Positions 16,789-26,642 of a DNA stretch of 42,137 nucleotides are shown one piece after another. The DNA comes from Dehalococcoidia bacterium (GTDB taxonomy: Bacteria > Chloroflexota > Dehalococcoidia > DSTF01 > JACRBR01). Both the position numbers and the translations under genes were made by a program. Under the pieces are notes generated by a model that saw only the letters and a list, made by a program, of their open reading frames with translations, was not told where the DNA came from and made no database searches. The stretch spans positions 1 to 42,137 of the forward strand of contig JBGQBE010000026.1 in assembly GCA_041494685.1 (NCBI GenBank). The letters are read 5' to 3'. How positions within the stretch are numbered: the first letter of the stretch is position 1; the number at the start of each line of letters is the position of its first letter.

Positions 16789-17651
16789 CGCCGGCCGCCG
16801 TGCAGGCGCTCTCGCAGCGCCTGCACGAGATCAGCACGGCATACACCGGCGCCTGCACGTGGTCGCTGACGGATCTCGCCGACGGCGCGCACGTTGCCCA
16901 CGACGAGGGCGCGGTGATGCCCACAGCGTCGCTGATCAAAGTGCCGGTGCTCGTGGCGCTGTACGGGGCCGTCGCCGACGGCCGCCATCGCCTCGACGAC
17001 CGCATCCGCTACGAAGAGCAGCACCGCACGCTCGGGTCCGGCGTCCTCAGCAAGCTCTCCTTCGGCGTCGACATGAGCGTGCGCGACGCGGCGGTGCTGA
17101 TGATGACGATCTCGGACAACAGCGCGACGAACATGTGCATCGATCTCGCCGGCGTTGACGGCGTCAACGCGGCCATGCGCGCGCTCGGTCTGCGTGAGAC
17201 GACGCTGTTTCGCCGCCTGGGCGACCGCGGCGGCGGGCTCGACGCGCGCAAGATGTCCGTGAGCACCGCTGGAGAGACGGTGGCGCTGATGACGCGGATC
17301 GCGCGACACGAGTGCGTCTCGGCGGAGGCGTCCGAGGACATGCTCCGCATCATGCGGCGCACGGACTACCGCCACGAGCTGTCCGGCCGCCTGCCGTGGA
17401 ACGAGATGAACATGCTGGGCGACGACCCGAAGCTCGCCTGGGTCGCCGAGAAGGGCGGCTCGTTCCTCAACGGCGTGCGCACCTGCGGCGCGATCTTCAA
17501 GGGCCCGCGTGGTCAGTTCGTCATGAGCGCGTATTGCGAGGGCGGCACGGGGCCGGGCACGGGCAGAGAATCAGAGGGCAACAAGACGCTGGGCCTGCTC
17601 GGTGAAGCCGCCTGGGAGGCCATCGCCGGCGGTTCGCGGATAGTCGCATGA
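16785..17651 (+). CDS. Serine hydrolase, class A beta-lactamase-like
   Basis: SxxK (ASLIK), SDN and KGG motifs. No signal peptide. GTGA overlap with the cupin gene. Confidence 0.85.
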   Translation: MTPAAVQALSQRLHEISTAYTGACTWSLTDLADGAHVAHDEGAVMPTASLIKVPVLVALYGAVADGRHRLDDRIRYEEQHRTLGSGVLSKLSFGVDMSVRDAAVLMMTISDNSATNMCIDLAGVDGVNAAMRALGLRETTLFRRLGDRGGGLDARKMSVSTAGETVALMTRIARHECVSAEASEDMLRIMRRTDYRHELSGRLPWNEMNMLGDDPKLAWVAEKGGSFLNGVRTCGAIFKGPRGQFVMSAYCEGGTGPGTGRESEGNKTLGLLGEAAWEAIAGGSRIVA

Positions 17652-17673
17652 CGCGATCAGACCCTGCTCACGG

Positions 17674-18573
17674 CTAGCCGCTAACCGGAGAGAACTCCGC
17701 CGCCAGCGCCGCCTCGACGATATCGATCGCCGTGTTTACCTGCTGCGACTCCTCGCCGCCCGTCGCCGCGACCGCGTCGAGGAAGATCATGTCGTCGCGC
17801 ACCGAGTTCTGCACGGCGCGGAGCCGGTCGGAGCCGATGTCGAACGATCCGAGCAGCGTGTCGATCAGCGAGCGAAGCGACTGGCGGTGCAGGCGATAGT
17901 CGACGATCGTCTGCCGCATGTGCTGCGCTAGTCCCTCGTCGCGTCCCGAGTCATCGCCCACCGGAGCGACCGCGTGCGGCGCGGCCTGCGCGCCGATCGG
18001 CCGCGCCGGCACGCCGACGACGGTCGTGTTCGCGGGCACGTCGTGCACGACGACGGCGTTCGCGCCGATCCGCGCGTAGTCGCCGACGCGCACAGGCCCC
18101 AGCACCTTCGCGCCCGTGCCGATGTGCACGTGGTCGCCGATCACTGGGCCGTCCACGCTGAACCCCAGCTTCTTGCTGTTCGACAGCCCGATCGTCACCC
18201 ACGGATTGATCTGGCAGTCGCTGCCGATCGTCGTGCGGCCGTCGATGACGACGTTGCCGTGCGTGATCATCAGCCCCGGCCCGATCGTCACGCGGTCGCC
18301 GATGGAGACGTGGAACACCACGCGCGAGAGCATGTCGCACACCCCCGGCAGCAGCGGTACGCCCGCCGAGCGCAGCCGCATCTTCGTACGATAGAGCCAC
18401 ACGGCGAGCCAGCTTTCTGTGAACGCGATGACGAACCAGCGCTTCAGCCGCGCCCAGCGGTTCGCAAGCGCCGGACGCGCGGGGATGTGCGCGAAGGTGA
18501 ACAGGGCGTGCGCGTCGAAATCCTGCGTCAGGCCGCGCCTGTCCTCTACGCCCCGGGATCCTTCTTGCGCCAT
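17674..18573 (-). CDS. CysE-like hexapeptide-repeat acetyltransferase with extra C-terminal helical domain
   Basis: IGDRVTIGPG, IGSDCQI, IGDHVHIGTGAKVLG, IGANAVV..DVP..TVVGVPA. Confidence 0.8.
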   Translation of the reverse strand: MAQEGSRGVEDRRGLTQDFDAHALFTFAHIPARPALANRWARLKRWFVIAFTESWLAVWLYRTKMRLRSAGVPLLPGVCDMLSRVVFHVSIGDRVTIGPGLMITHGNVVIDGRTTIGSDCQINPWVTIGLSNSKKLGFSVDGPVIGDHVHIGTGAKVLGPVRVGDYARIGANAVVVHDVPANTTVVGVPARPIGAQAAPHAVAPVGDDSGRDEGLAQHMRQTIVDYRLHRQSLRSLIDTLLGSFDIGSDRLRAVQNSVRDDMIFLDAVAATGGEESQQVNTAIDIVEAALAAEFSPVSG

Positions 18574-19334
18574 ACGGAGATGATCATATCCGAATGCTGC
18601 GGCCGCGTCCGCACGAGCCGGCTCATCCCGTGCCAGATCGGCGACGCCGTGCGCTCCGGCAGGTGGTCGATGAGCCACGTGACCGGCGCAACGTTCCAGA
18701 GGAACGAGAGTCCGAAGCAGCGCTCCATCGAGAGCACGTCCGCACCCAGCGACCGCACGTAGGGCAGGTCGCCCTTCACGTTATGGTCTTCCGGGACCTG
18801 CCAGTAGAGCCGCCACGGCGGGCGCGGGCGGCCCAGTCGCCGCTTCAGCGAGTCGACGCCGCGGCCGAGCCGGCACGAGGCGCTCTCGAAATTCGCCAGC
18901 GCGATGATAATGCGGCCGTCCGGCTTCGTGATCCGCGCCGCCTCGCGCATGAACGCCATCGGGTCGGAGAAGTGGTCCAGCGATCCCTGGCACATGATCC
19001 GGTCAAACGACGCGCCGGCGAACGGCAGCGACTCCGCGATGCTCCGCACCATGCCGGCGCGGCTCTCCGGCTGCAGCCAGCGCCCGAGCCCGATCATCTG
19101 GTCGGACGCCTCCGTGCCCACCGTGTAGCAGCCGCGCTCCGCGATGCGCATCGCCTGCTTTCCGGTGCCGCACGCCACGTCCAGCACGCGCCCGTCCCGT
19201 ACGTCGCTGGACAGGTCCAGCATGGTGTCTTCGATGATCCGGTAGAGGTACTGGGAGTCGCGGTGCGTGCCGGCTTCGAAGTCCTCGATTGAGTAGGACA
19301 GATCGTGTTCCGGCTTGACGGCATCGGCCGTCAT
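18546..19334 (-). CDS. Class I SAM-dependent methyltransferase
   Basis: VLDVACGTG, AESLPF..ASFD, LDHF..P...REAARITKPDG. Confidence 0.88.
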   Translation of the reverse strand: MTADAVKPEHDLSYSIEDFEAGTHRDSQYLYRIIEDTMLDLSSDVRDGRVLDVACGTGKQAMRIAERGCYTVGTEASDQMIGLGRWLQPESRAGMVRSIAESLPFAGASFDRIMCQGSLDHFSDPMAFMREAARITKPDGRIIIALANFESASCRLGRGVDSLKRRLGRPRPPWRLYWQVPEDHNVKGDLPYVRSLGADVLSMERCFGLSFLWNVAPVTWLIDHLPERTASPIWHGMSRLVRTRPQHSDMIISVWRKKDPGA

Positions 19335-19957
19335 CGCGCGCCGTTGTCTGCGCGGAGCGACGCGGCCATGATGGCAGGCCGCCGTTCGTGCTGCTTCACC
19401 ACCGCCAGCACGACGTCGAACTCCTCGAAGCCGCCGATCAGGCCGGCGAACCAGCGCTCGAACCGGTACTGGCTGCCGCGGCTGCCGTTCGCCAGCTTCT
19501 CGATGAACTGCGCGAACGGCCCGCGCGCGAGCGCCAGGCCGGAATCGTCGCCCCGCTGGCCCGCGACGCGCAGCCGCGCCCGCTCGATCGTGAACGCCGT
19601 GGCGGGCGCGTCCGCGGGCTTCGTACGCGGGTCGTAGTAGTTGAACGTGTTGAGCGTCAGCAGCGGCCGCGGCCGCGCGTCCCGTGATGCGGCGATGATG
19701 GAGGATGCGTGGGGCAGGGTCAGGTGGATCAGCGCGCCCGGCTTGCTGATCCGCCACAGCTCGTCCAGCGTCGCCGCCAGGTCCTCGCGGTAGGCGATCG
19801 CGCGCCCGACGAACAGCTCGTCGGCGCTCTCGTCGCGGAACGGCAGCCGCGGCCCCGCCTCCGCCACGAACGCCACGCCGGGCGCCGGCGCCGCCGCGAC
19901 GCGCAGGGCGCGCGCCGCCCTCTTCGCCTGTCCGCCGAAGTCGAGCCGCACCATCAT
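19331..19957 (-). CDS. Methyltransferase-domain protein with degenerate motif I
   Basis: LPFRDESADE and ELWRISKPGA..HL..PH. N-terminal LDFGG. ATGA overlaps on both sides. Confidence 0.7.
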   Translation of the reverse strand: MMVRLDFGGQAKRAARALRVAAAPAPGVAFVAEAGPRLPFRDESADELFVGRAIAYREDLAATLDELWRISKPGALIHLTLPHASSIIAASRDARPRPLLTLNTFNYYDPRTKPADAPATAFTIERARLRVAGQRGDDSGLALARGPFAQFIEKLANGSRGSQYRFERWFAGLIGGFEEFDVVLAVVKQHERRPAIMAASLRADNGAR

Positions 19958-20775
19958 GACGACGCCGCCTTCGCGACCTTCAGCCGCTCGCGCTCGTCGC
20001 CGCGCAGCGCCAGCAGCTTCGCCACGCGGTCCAGGTAGTTGTGCACGACCTGCTGCGGCGTGCCCTCGTCGGTCACTCTCCCGTGCTCGATGAGGATGCC
20101 GCGGTCGCAGAACATCGGCAGGCTGAGCATGTCGTGCGTCACGAGCACCAGCGTCACGCCCTGCTTGCGCAGGCCGTGGATGTGGTCCATGCACTTCTTC
20201 TGAAACTCCGCGTCGCCCACCGCCAGGACCTCGTCGATCAGCAGGATCTCCGGCCGTACGTGCACCGCCACGGCGAAGCCCAGCCGGAAGAACATGCCCG
20301 ATGAATAGGTGCGCATCGGCTGGTCGATGAAATCGCCCAGCTCGGAGAATTCGATGATCTCCGGCAGCAGGTCGCGCGCCTCCGCCAGCGTCAGGCCCAG
20401 CAGCACCGCGTTGAGGATCGCGTTCTCGCGGCCGCTGATTCGGGGGTTGAAGCCGGAGCCCAGCTCCAGCAGCGCGGAGACGCGCCCGTTGATCGTCACC
20501 TTGCCCGTCGTCGGCGGCGTAATGCCCGACATCACGCGCAGCGTCGTGCTCTTGCCGGAGCCGTTCGGGCCGATGATACCCAGGCTCTCGCCGCGGTTGA
20601 CGCGCAGCGTCACGTCGTCCAGCGCCACGAACGGCCGCCGCGCGTTCGAGAGGAAGCGCGGCAGGTGCAGCAGCATCGTCTTGACGTCCGTCGCCTCCTT
20701 CTGCAGCGAGAGGGAGTAGTGCTTCGAGACGTTCTCGAAGGCGATCGCCACGTCCGACCCGATCTCAGAGCGCAT
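19954..20775 (-). CDS. wzt: Polysaccharide/teichoic acid ABC exporter ATPase (Wzt/TagH-like)
   Basis: GPNGSGKST, YSSGM..RLGF, ILLIDEVLAVGDAEFQKKC. Confidence 0.92.
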   Translation of the reverse strand: MRSEIGSDVAIAFENVSKHYSLSLQKEATDVKTMLLHLPRFLSNARRPFVALDDVTLRVNRGESLGIIGPNGSGKSTTLRVMSGITPPTTGKVTINGRVSALLELGSGFNPRISGRENAILNAVLLGLTLAEARDLLPEIIEFSELGDFIDQPMRTYSSGMFFRLGFAVAVHVRPEILLIDEVLAVGDAEFQKKCMDHIHGLRKQGVTLVLVTHDMLSLPMFCDRGILIEHGRVTDEGTPQQVVHNYLDRVAKLLALRGDERERLKVAKAASS

Positions 20776-21589
20776 CGGCGAAGCCCCCCTGCATCTGGTT
20801 GAAGGAGAACGATCCGATGACCGCCATACCGGCGGCGAAGAGCAGCGCTGGCACCAGGTCCACGCCCGGCAGCTGGTTGCGCAGGAAGAGGTCGCGCCAG
20901 CCTTCGATCAGCGACGCCATGGGGTTCAGCAGCACCCAGTCATGATACCTGTCCGGCACGATCGAGAGCGGATAGATCACCGGGGTCAGGTAGAACCAGA
21001 TCAGTCCGACGAAGACGTCCGTCAGGTGCTCCAGGTCGCGGAAATACACGTCCAGCGAGGCGATGAACAGCACGATGCCCATGATCAGCACCGCCTCCAC
21101 GATCAGCAAGTAGGGGATGCCGATCAGCCACGTCACGCTCGGCGTGTAGCCGCCCATCAGCAGCAGCACCACCAGCACCGGCACCGACAGCGCGAACTGC
21201 ACGCCGTTGTTCAGCACCGTCGCCAGGGGCAGCACGAAGCGCGGAAAGTAGACCTTCTTGATCAGCGCGCCGTTGCCCGCGAACGAGCCTACCGCCAGCA
21301 CGAGCGACGTCTGGAACCAGGTCCACGGGAAGAGGGCGGCAAGCAGGACGAGGTGGTAATCAGGGACGTTGATGCGGATGAACTTGCTCAGGACCACGTA
21401 CATGACCGCGCCCTGGAGCAGCGGGCGGATCAGCGACCAGAGGTATCCGAAGAAGGTATCCTGGTATCGGAGCTTTAGCTCACGAAGCGTGAAGAGGTAC
21501 ACCAGCTCCCACGCGCGCCGAACCTGCCGGTTGATACCTTCACCCCCGCTGATTCCGAATGCCCAGCTTCGAGGCGTAGCGTAGCACAT
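20765..21589 (-). CDS. wzm: Polysaccharide ABC exporter permease (Wzm/TagG-like); start uncertain
   Basis: RELKLRYQDTFFGYLWSL, LIKKVYFPR, YFRDLEH, WFYLTPVIYP, LNPM. Confidence 0.9.
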   Translation of the reverse strand: MCYATPRSWAFGISGGEGINRQVRRAWELVYLFTLRELKLRYQDTFFGYLWSLIRPLLQGAVMYVVLSKFIRINVPDYHLVLLAALFPWTWFQTSLVLAVGSFAGNGALIKKVYFPRFVLPLATVLNNGVQFALSVPVLVVLLLMGGYTPSVTWLIGIPYLLIVEAVLIMGIVLFIASLDVYFRDLEHLTDVFVGLIWFYLTPVIYPLSIVPDRYHDWVLLNPMASLIEGWRDLFLRNQLPGVDLVPALLFAAGMAVIGSFSFNQMQGGFADAL

Positions 21590-21924
21590 CCGTCCGCCCC
21601 GGAGGCGTCCTGCCGCGGCGCATCTGGCGACCGGAAAAGCCGGAAACCCCGCCTCTGCCCGGACGGGGTCTCCTTGCACGCGGTCCGTCGGTCCCCGCGA
21701 GCCCTACCGTGGTGTGAGTCCGGCCCCGGGACCGCGAGAACTGGCTGTTTCTCGGCGCCGGTGATCCGCAGTGCCGGCGTCCCTGGCTGGTGCCGGCGCA
21801 TGTTCAGATGATCCGCGACGGGCGCAGTTCGATCAGGGGCCGATCGGCTCGTCTTATGAGTCCGTTCTTCAGGAGCCCGAAGAGTGAGCGTCCCTGCGCC
21901 CGGAGAGGCCGCACGGCGACGCCA

Positions 21925-22215
21925 TCAGCACTGCCCGGTCTCGACCACCTGCTCGCAGGTGTGGACTTCCTTCACGGCGACGGAGCCGACCATGCCGAAG
22001 GGCTTCATGAACTCGTCGATCTTCGACTGTTCCGAGGCCACCAGCACCATGTTCAGGCGGTGCTCGCCGGGGTGCACCACGTCGGTCTGGATGGTGATGC
22101 CGTACTTCGTGGCGTTCTCCTGGCTGACATGCTGGCCCAGCATCGCCATCATGTCGCGGTTCTTCGTGGGGCAGGTCTCGGCGGTGTGCTGGTGCTCGAC
22201 GAAATAGAGAGGCAT
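21925..22215 (-). CDS. Small hypothetical protein, possibly a His/Cys metal-binding alpha/beta barrel
   Basis: AAAGGAG RBS. MPLYFVEHQHTAETCP...GEHRL. Host-like codon usage. Confidence 0.75.
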   Translation of the reverse strand: MPLYFVEHQHTAETCPTKNRDMMAMLGQHVSQENATKYGITIQTDVVHPGEHRLNMVLVASEQSKIDEFMKPFGMVGSVAVKEVHTCEQVVETGQC

Positions 22216-22306
22216 CGGACGCTCCTTTCGGGGCGGATCTGCCCCGTACTGTTCGCAGGACTCAGTGTGACATAGTGTTGCGCGGCGCGTCCTCAGCGGC
22301 AACTCG

Positions 22307-23302
22307 TCAGATTGACGTGCCCGGCGACCGCCGCGCGCGGTTCAGCGTCCGCCGCGCCTGCTCTACCTCGGCGATGCCCTCCAGCGAGCCCTCCACCACC
22401 GTCCGCTGCCGCTCCTCAGTGACGTGGAGGTAGATCTGCGTCGTGTTGGGGTTCGAGTGGCCCAACAGCTCCTGCACCACCCGCAACTCCGCGCCGCCGT
22501 CCAGGAGGTGGGTCGCGAACGTGTGGCGCAGCAGGTGCGGGTGCACGCGGTCGTCGATGCCCGCCGCCAGCGCATACTTGCGCACGATGAGCTGGATTGC
22601 CCGCTGCGAGAGTCTGCCCCCGCTCCGGTTCAGGAACAGCGCCGCCATCGCCGCGCCGCGCCGGACGCGCAGCAGCTTGCCGCGCCCCTGCCGCAGGTAG
22701 CGGTCGAGCGCCGCCCGCGCCGGCTCGCCCATCACCACGAGCCGCTGCTTGTTGCCCTTGCCGGTGACGACGATCGTGCGCTCGTCCAGGTCCGCCACCC
22801 CGATGTCGAGCGTCGCAGCCTCGCTCACGCGCAGGCCGCAGGCGTACAACACCTCCAGCAGCGCGCGGTCGCGCAGTCCGGCTGGCTCGTCGCTGTCCGC
22901 CGCGGCGATCAGGTCGCTGACGCTGTTGAGGGTCAGTGCGTGCGGCAGCCGGCGCGCCTGCTTCGGACCGCGCACGTTCGCCAGCGGGTCGTCATCCATC
23001 GCCTTCGTCAGCCGCAGCCAGCGATAGAACGAGCGGGCGGTGCTGACGCGCCGGGTGATGCTGCCCTGGGCCGTGCCGGCGTCCATGAGCGACGCCAGGT
23101 AGCCGCGGAACAGGATCCGCGTGATCGCCAGCGGCTCGATGTCGCGCTCTTGCAGCCAGGCGAAGAGATGGTGCAGGTCGCTGGCGTAGTTCCGTACCGT
23201 GAAGCGCGAAAGGTTCCGCTCGGCCGCCAGCACCGCAAGGTAGCGTTCCAGCAGCGCGTCGGCGCGCGCTGGCGGCGGGGCAGGGGCGGGCGAAGCGCTC
23301 AT
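22307..23302 (-). CDS. xerC: Tyrosine recombinase, XerC/XerD family
   Basis: RDRALLEVLYACGLRVSE, GKGNKQR, HPHLLRHTFATHLL.GGA.LRVVQELLGH....TTQIY. XerC versus XerD cannot be settled by eye. Confidence 0.88.
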   Translation of the reverse strand: MSASPAPAPPPARADALLERYLAVLAAERNLSRFTVRNYASDLHHLFAWLQERDIEPLAITRILFRGYLASLMDAGTAQGSITRRVSTARSFYRWLRLTKAMDDDPLANVRGPKQARRLPHALTLNSVSDLIAAADSDEPAGLRDRALLEVLYACGLRVSEAATLDIGVADLDERTIVVTGKGNKQRLVVMGEPARAALDRYLRQGRGKLLRVRRGAAMAALFLNRSGGRLSQRAIQLIVRKYALAAGIDDRVHPHLLRHTFATHLLDGGAELRVVQELLGHSNPNTTQIYLHVTEERQRTVVEGSLEGIAEVEQARRTLNRARRSPGTSI

Positions 23303-23399
23303 AGTGCGATCTTCGCAGATTCGGCAGGGCAGGGGCTATAGGGGAAACGCCGATGCCGTCAGGCAGGTGAGTAGAGGCGCAGCCGGCTGCGCCCGACGC

Positions 23400-24095
23400 T
23401 TATTTCGCGGGCGCGATGCTCTCCATCGCTGCGCGGAACACTGCGAACTGCGCCGCGTAGGGCACCACGTCCGCGCGCCCATCGACCGCCACCTCCACCA
23501 GGCGCCCGTCGCCCAGGTCGAGCAGCCCGCGCTGGTGCATCGTGATGCGGCCCGCGATCGATTCGGTCGAGGCCCTGGCGGACACCGGATAGCTCGGTGA
23601 GATCGAGGGCGTCGGTTGCCGGCACTGCTCGTTCGCGTCACCGGAGTCGCCGAAGGCGTCGTCGGCGCCCGACGGCGCGGCCAGCTGGGCCGCGATCGCT
23701 TGGCCCGCGGGCGAGCTCTTCGCGAGGACGCCGACGGCGACCTGGATGCTGCCGGCGACGGGCGTCGCCTCCGCCCCGTGCGAGTAGAACCACGTGTTCG
23801 CCGCTGCCGGGGCGTTCGGCTCCGGCGCGAGCGTCAGCCCGGGCGGGATCTCCACGAACACGCCGCCCACCGTGATGGTCTGCGGCGACGGCACGGCTAC
23901 GGGGGTGGCCGATTGCGCGGCGATCTCGCCGCGGCGCTGGTCGCAGGTCCGGGCGATCTGCGTCGGGTCGACCGGCACGCCGACGCCGGCGAAGGGCGTA
24001 TCGGCGTTGCGCCACGAGCCGATCAGCATCGCGCCGACGATGGTGGTGACGGAGCCGACGATCGCGGCCGCGACGATGATCTGCCTGCGTTGCAT
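23400..24095 (-). CDS. Hypothetical exported or membrane-anchored protein
   Basis: N-terminal hydrophobic helix after MQRR. GAGG RBS. Lies at the end of the SDR operon. Confidence 0.65.
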   Translation of the reverse strand: MQRRQIIVAAAIVGSVTTIVGAMLIGSWRNADTPFAGVGVPVDPTQIARTCDQRRGEIAAQSATPVAVPSPQTITVGGVFVEIPPGLTLAPEPNAPAAANTWFYSHGAEATPVAGSIQVAVGVLAKSSPAGQAIAAQLAAPSGADDAFGDSGDANEQCRQPTPSISPSYPVSARASTESIAGRITMHQRGLLDLGDGRLVEVAVDGRADVVPYAAQFAVFRAAMESIAPAK

Positions 24096-24111
24096 CGCCG
24101 CGCCTCGTCCG

Positions 24112-25080
24112 CTACGCCGTCGGCAGGGCCGGGCGCCCGGGGAGATCGAGGTCGGGTGGCGGCGGCGCAGGGTTCTGCAGCCCGTACACGAGCTGCGATG
24201 GCACCAGCTCCTTCAACTCATCGATCGTCCACATCCCCTGCTTGTTGATCTGCCGCATCGAGACCTCCTCGTGCGCCAGCGAGATGCGCCCGCCCGCCAC
24301 GTAGAAGATCTTGCCGTTGACGTTCCACGCCTCGTCCAGCGCCAGGAACACGGTCATCGGCGCGACGTACTCCGGCTCGCGCATCTGCGGCACCGTCGAT
24401 GGCCGCGGCTCCTGCACGAGCGGCGCCGTACCGGCGCGCGCCCGCAGCTGTCCCGTGTTCGCCGGGATCGTCGCGGTCATGCGCGTCGCCGCGCCGGGCG
24501 AGATCGCGTTGCAGGTGACGCCGTAGCGCCCCAGATCTTTCGCGACGACGCGCGTGAAGCCGGCGATGCCGGCCTTCGCGGCGCCGTAGTTCGCCTGGCC
24601 CGGCAGTCCGCCGAGGCCGGAGATCGACGAGAAGTTGATGATCCGGCCGTAGCGTTGCTGCCGCATCAGGATCGACGCTGGCTTCGTCGTGCAGTAGTGC
24701 CCCTTCAGGTGGACGCCGATCACGTCGTCCCACTCCTGCTCGCTCATGTTGAAGATCATCCGGTCGCGCAGGATGCCCGCCACGTTCACCAGGATGTCGA
24801 GCCGGCCGAAATTGTCGAGCGCGGTCTGTACCAGCCGCTCGCCGCCCTCCACCGTCGCGACGGTGTCGGCGTTGGCGACGGCCTTGCCGCCCTTCGCGCG
24901 GATCTCTTCGACCACCTCGTTCGCGGGAGCGCTGCTCGGCGCTGTGCCGTCGACGTTCACGCCGTAGTCGTTGACGACGATGCTCGCGCCCTCTTCGGCC
25001 AGCAGCCGCGCCACGCCGCGGCCGATGCCGCGTCCGCCGCCGGTGACGATCGCCGTGCGCCCCTCAAGCCGCTTCGCCAT
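24112..25080 (-). CDS. SDR oxidoreductase, 3-hydroxyacyl-CoA dehydrogenase (MFE-2-type) like
   Basis: TGGGRGIG, VVND.G, AGILRD, GQANYGAAK. TGATG overlap with the upstream paralog. Confidence 0.9.
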   Translation of the reverse strand: MAKRLEGRTAIVTGGGRGIGRGVARLLAEEGASIVVNDYGVNVDGTAPSSAPANEVVEEIRAKGGKAVANADTVATVEGGERLVQTALDNFGRLDILVNVAGILRDRMIFNMSEQEWDDVIGVHLKGHYCTTKPASILMRQQRYGRIINFSSISGLGGLPGQANYGAAKAGIAGFTRVVAKDLGRYGVTCNAISPGAATRMTATIPANTGQLRARAGTAPLVQEPRPSTVPQMREPEYVAPMTVFLALDEAWNVNGKIFYVAGGRISLAHEEVSMRQINKQGMWTIDELKELVPSQLVYGLQNPAPPPPDLDLPGRPALPTA

Positions 25081-26051
25081 CACGCACCTCCTGCCGGGGC
25101 GGCCTGCGCGGGCCGGCCGGGGATATCGAGATCGGGCGGCGGCGGCGCGGGGTTCGGGATCCCCGCGAGCAGCGTCTCCGGCACGGCCGTCACCAGTTCG
25201 TCTAGCGTCCACATCGCCGGCTTCCAGAGCGTGCGCATCGGCGTCGGGTGGTGCGACACGCCGACGCTGCCGCCGGCGACGTGGAAGATCTGTCCGTTGA
25301 TGTTCCAGGCGTCGTCCGTGCAGAGGTACGCCACCATCGGCGCGACGAACTCAGGGTCGCGCATCGGCGGACCGGCCGCCGGCCGCACCTGCGGCGTCGC
25401 GATGCCCGCGCGGGCGCGCAGCTCGCGCGAGGAGTCGGGTACCGACTGCGTCATCCGCGTCGAGGCGCCCGGCGCGATCGCGTTGCAGGTGACGCCGTAG
25501 CGCCCCAGGTCCTTTGCGACGACGCGCGTGAAGCCGGCGATGCCGGACTTCGCGGCGCCGTAGTTCGCCTGCCCCGGCAGGCCCGTCAGCCCCGACACGG
25601 ACGAGAAGTTGACGATGCGGCCGTAGCGCTGCTGCCGCATCAGGATCGACGCCGGCTTCGTGCAGTTGAAGTGGCCCTTCAGGTGGACGGCGATCACGTC
25701 GTCCCACTCCTGCTCGCTCATGTTGAAGATCATCCGGTCGCGCAGGATGCCGGCGTTGTTGACGAGGATGTCGATGCGGCCGAAGGTGTCGAGCGCGGTC
25801 TTGATGATCCGCTCGCCGCCGTCCGCCGTCGCGACAGAGTCGTAGCTGGATGCGGCTGTGCCTCCCTCGCCCTTGATCTCCGCGACGACCTGGTCCGCCG
25901 GGCCGTTGTCGTTGCCCGTGCCGTCCACGTTCACGCCGGGATCGTTCACCACCACCTTCGCGCCTTCGCGCGCCAGCAGCATAGCGATGCCGCGCCCGAT
26001 GCCGCGGCCGGAGCCCGTGACGACCGCGACCTTGCCTTCAAACTCGCCCAT
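25080..26051 (-). CDS. SDR oxidoreductase, tandem paralog
   Basis: TGSGRGIG, NNAGILRD, YGAAK. Highly similar to 24112..25080. Confidence 0.9.
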   Translation of the reverse strand: MGEFEGKVAVVTGSGRGIGRGIAMLLAREGAKVVVNDPGVNVDGTGNDNGPADQVVAEIKGEGGTAASSYDSVATADGGERIIKTALDTFGRIDILVNNAGILRDRMIFNMSEQEWDDVIAVHLKGHFNCTKPASILMRQQRYGRIVNFSSVSGLTGLPGQANYGAAKSGIAGFTRVVAKDLGRYGVTCNAIAPGASTRMTQSVPDSSRELRARAGIATPQVRPAAGPPMRDPEFVAPMVAYLCTDDAWNINGQIFHVAGGSVGVSHHPTPMRTLWKPAMWTLDELVTAVPETLLAGIPNPAPPPPDLDIPGRPAQAAPAGGA

Positions 26052-26140
26052 GATCGTGCTCCTCGCTGCGGCCCGCGACTGGCGCGCGGCGTCAGCCGCC
26101 GCCGCGTCGCTCGCCGCGTGAACAGAGTGGGTGCCCGGGG

Positions 26141-26578
26141 TTAGCCCTTGCTCGGCAGCACCACCGTCGCCGTGCCCGGCGTCGTCTTCTTGCCGGCTGC
26201 GTCCTGCGTCCAGACGTCGAGGTCGACGAGGTTCTCGCCGTTCTCCCGGCGCTTCGCCGTAACGACGCCGCCCGCCGTGATCTCCTTGTTCAGCATGTCC
26301 ATGCCGCGGTAGTTGACGCCGAACTTCTTCACGCGGCCCTTGTAGCCGGCGAAGCCGAACACCAGGCGCCCCACCTGCGCGTACTTGAACCTGCCGTGGA
26401 CGATGTTCTCGGTCAGGCCCATGGCCTTGAGCATCGGGAAGTTCTCGTCAAAGTGGAGCGGGTTGAAGTCGCCGCTCCCGGCCGCGAACTTCACGAGCTG
26501 CTGCTTGTCCGGCGTGATCTTGATCGGAGCGAGCTCGTAGCCCTCGCTCACGTCCTCAAAGTAGATCTGGTCTGCCAT
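26141..26578 (-). CDS. MaoC-family dehydratase, catalytic subunit
   Basis: SGDFNPLH hydratase motif and IVHG. Confidence 0.88.
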   Translation of the reverse strand: MADQIYFEDVSEGYELAPIKITPDKQQLVKFAAGSGDFNPLHFDENFPMLKAMGLTENIVHGRFKYAQVGRLVFGFAGYKGRVKKFGVNYRGMDMLNKEITAGGVVTAKRRENGENLVDLDVWTQDAAGKKTTPGTATVVLPSKG

Positions 26579-26642
26579 GTCGTCGTTGATCCTTTCCGCA
26601 TCGGCTGAGTTCGCGCCCCGTCACCCGTTACCGAGCGGGCGC

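Noticed and set aside
16785..17651. Antibiotic-resistance beta-lactamase
   Set aside because: No signal peptide, KGG instead of KTG and no clear omega-loop ExxLN; only a family-level call is supportable.
22307..23302. Tyrosine recombinase as a further mobile-element integrase
   Set aside because: Canonical XerC/D motifs, host codon usage and housekeeping neighbours.
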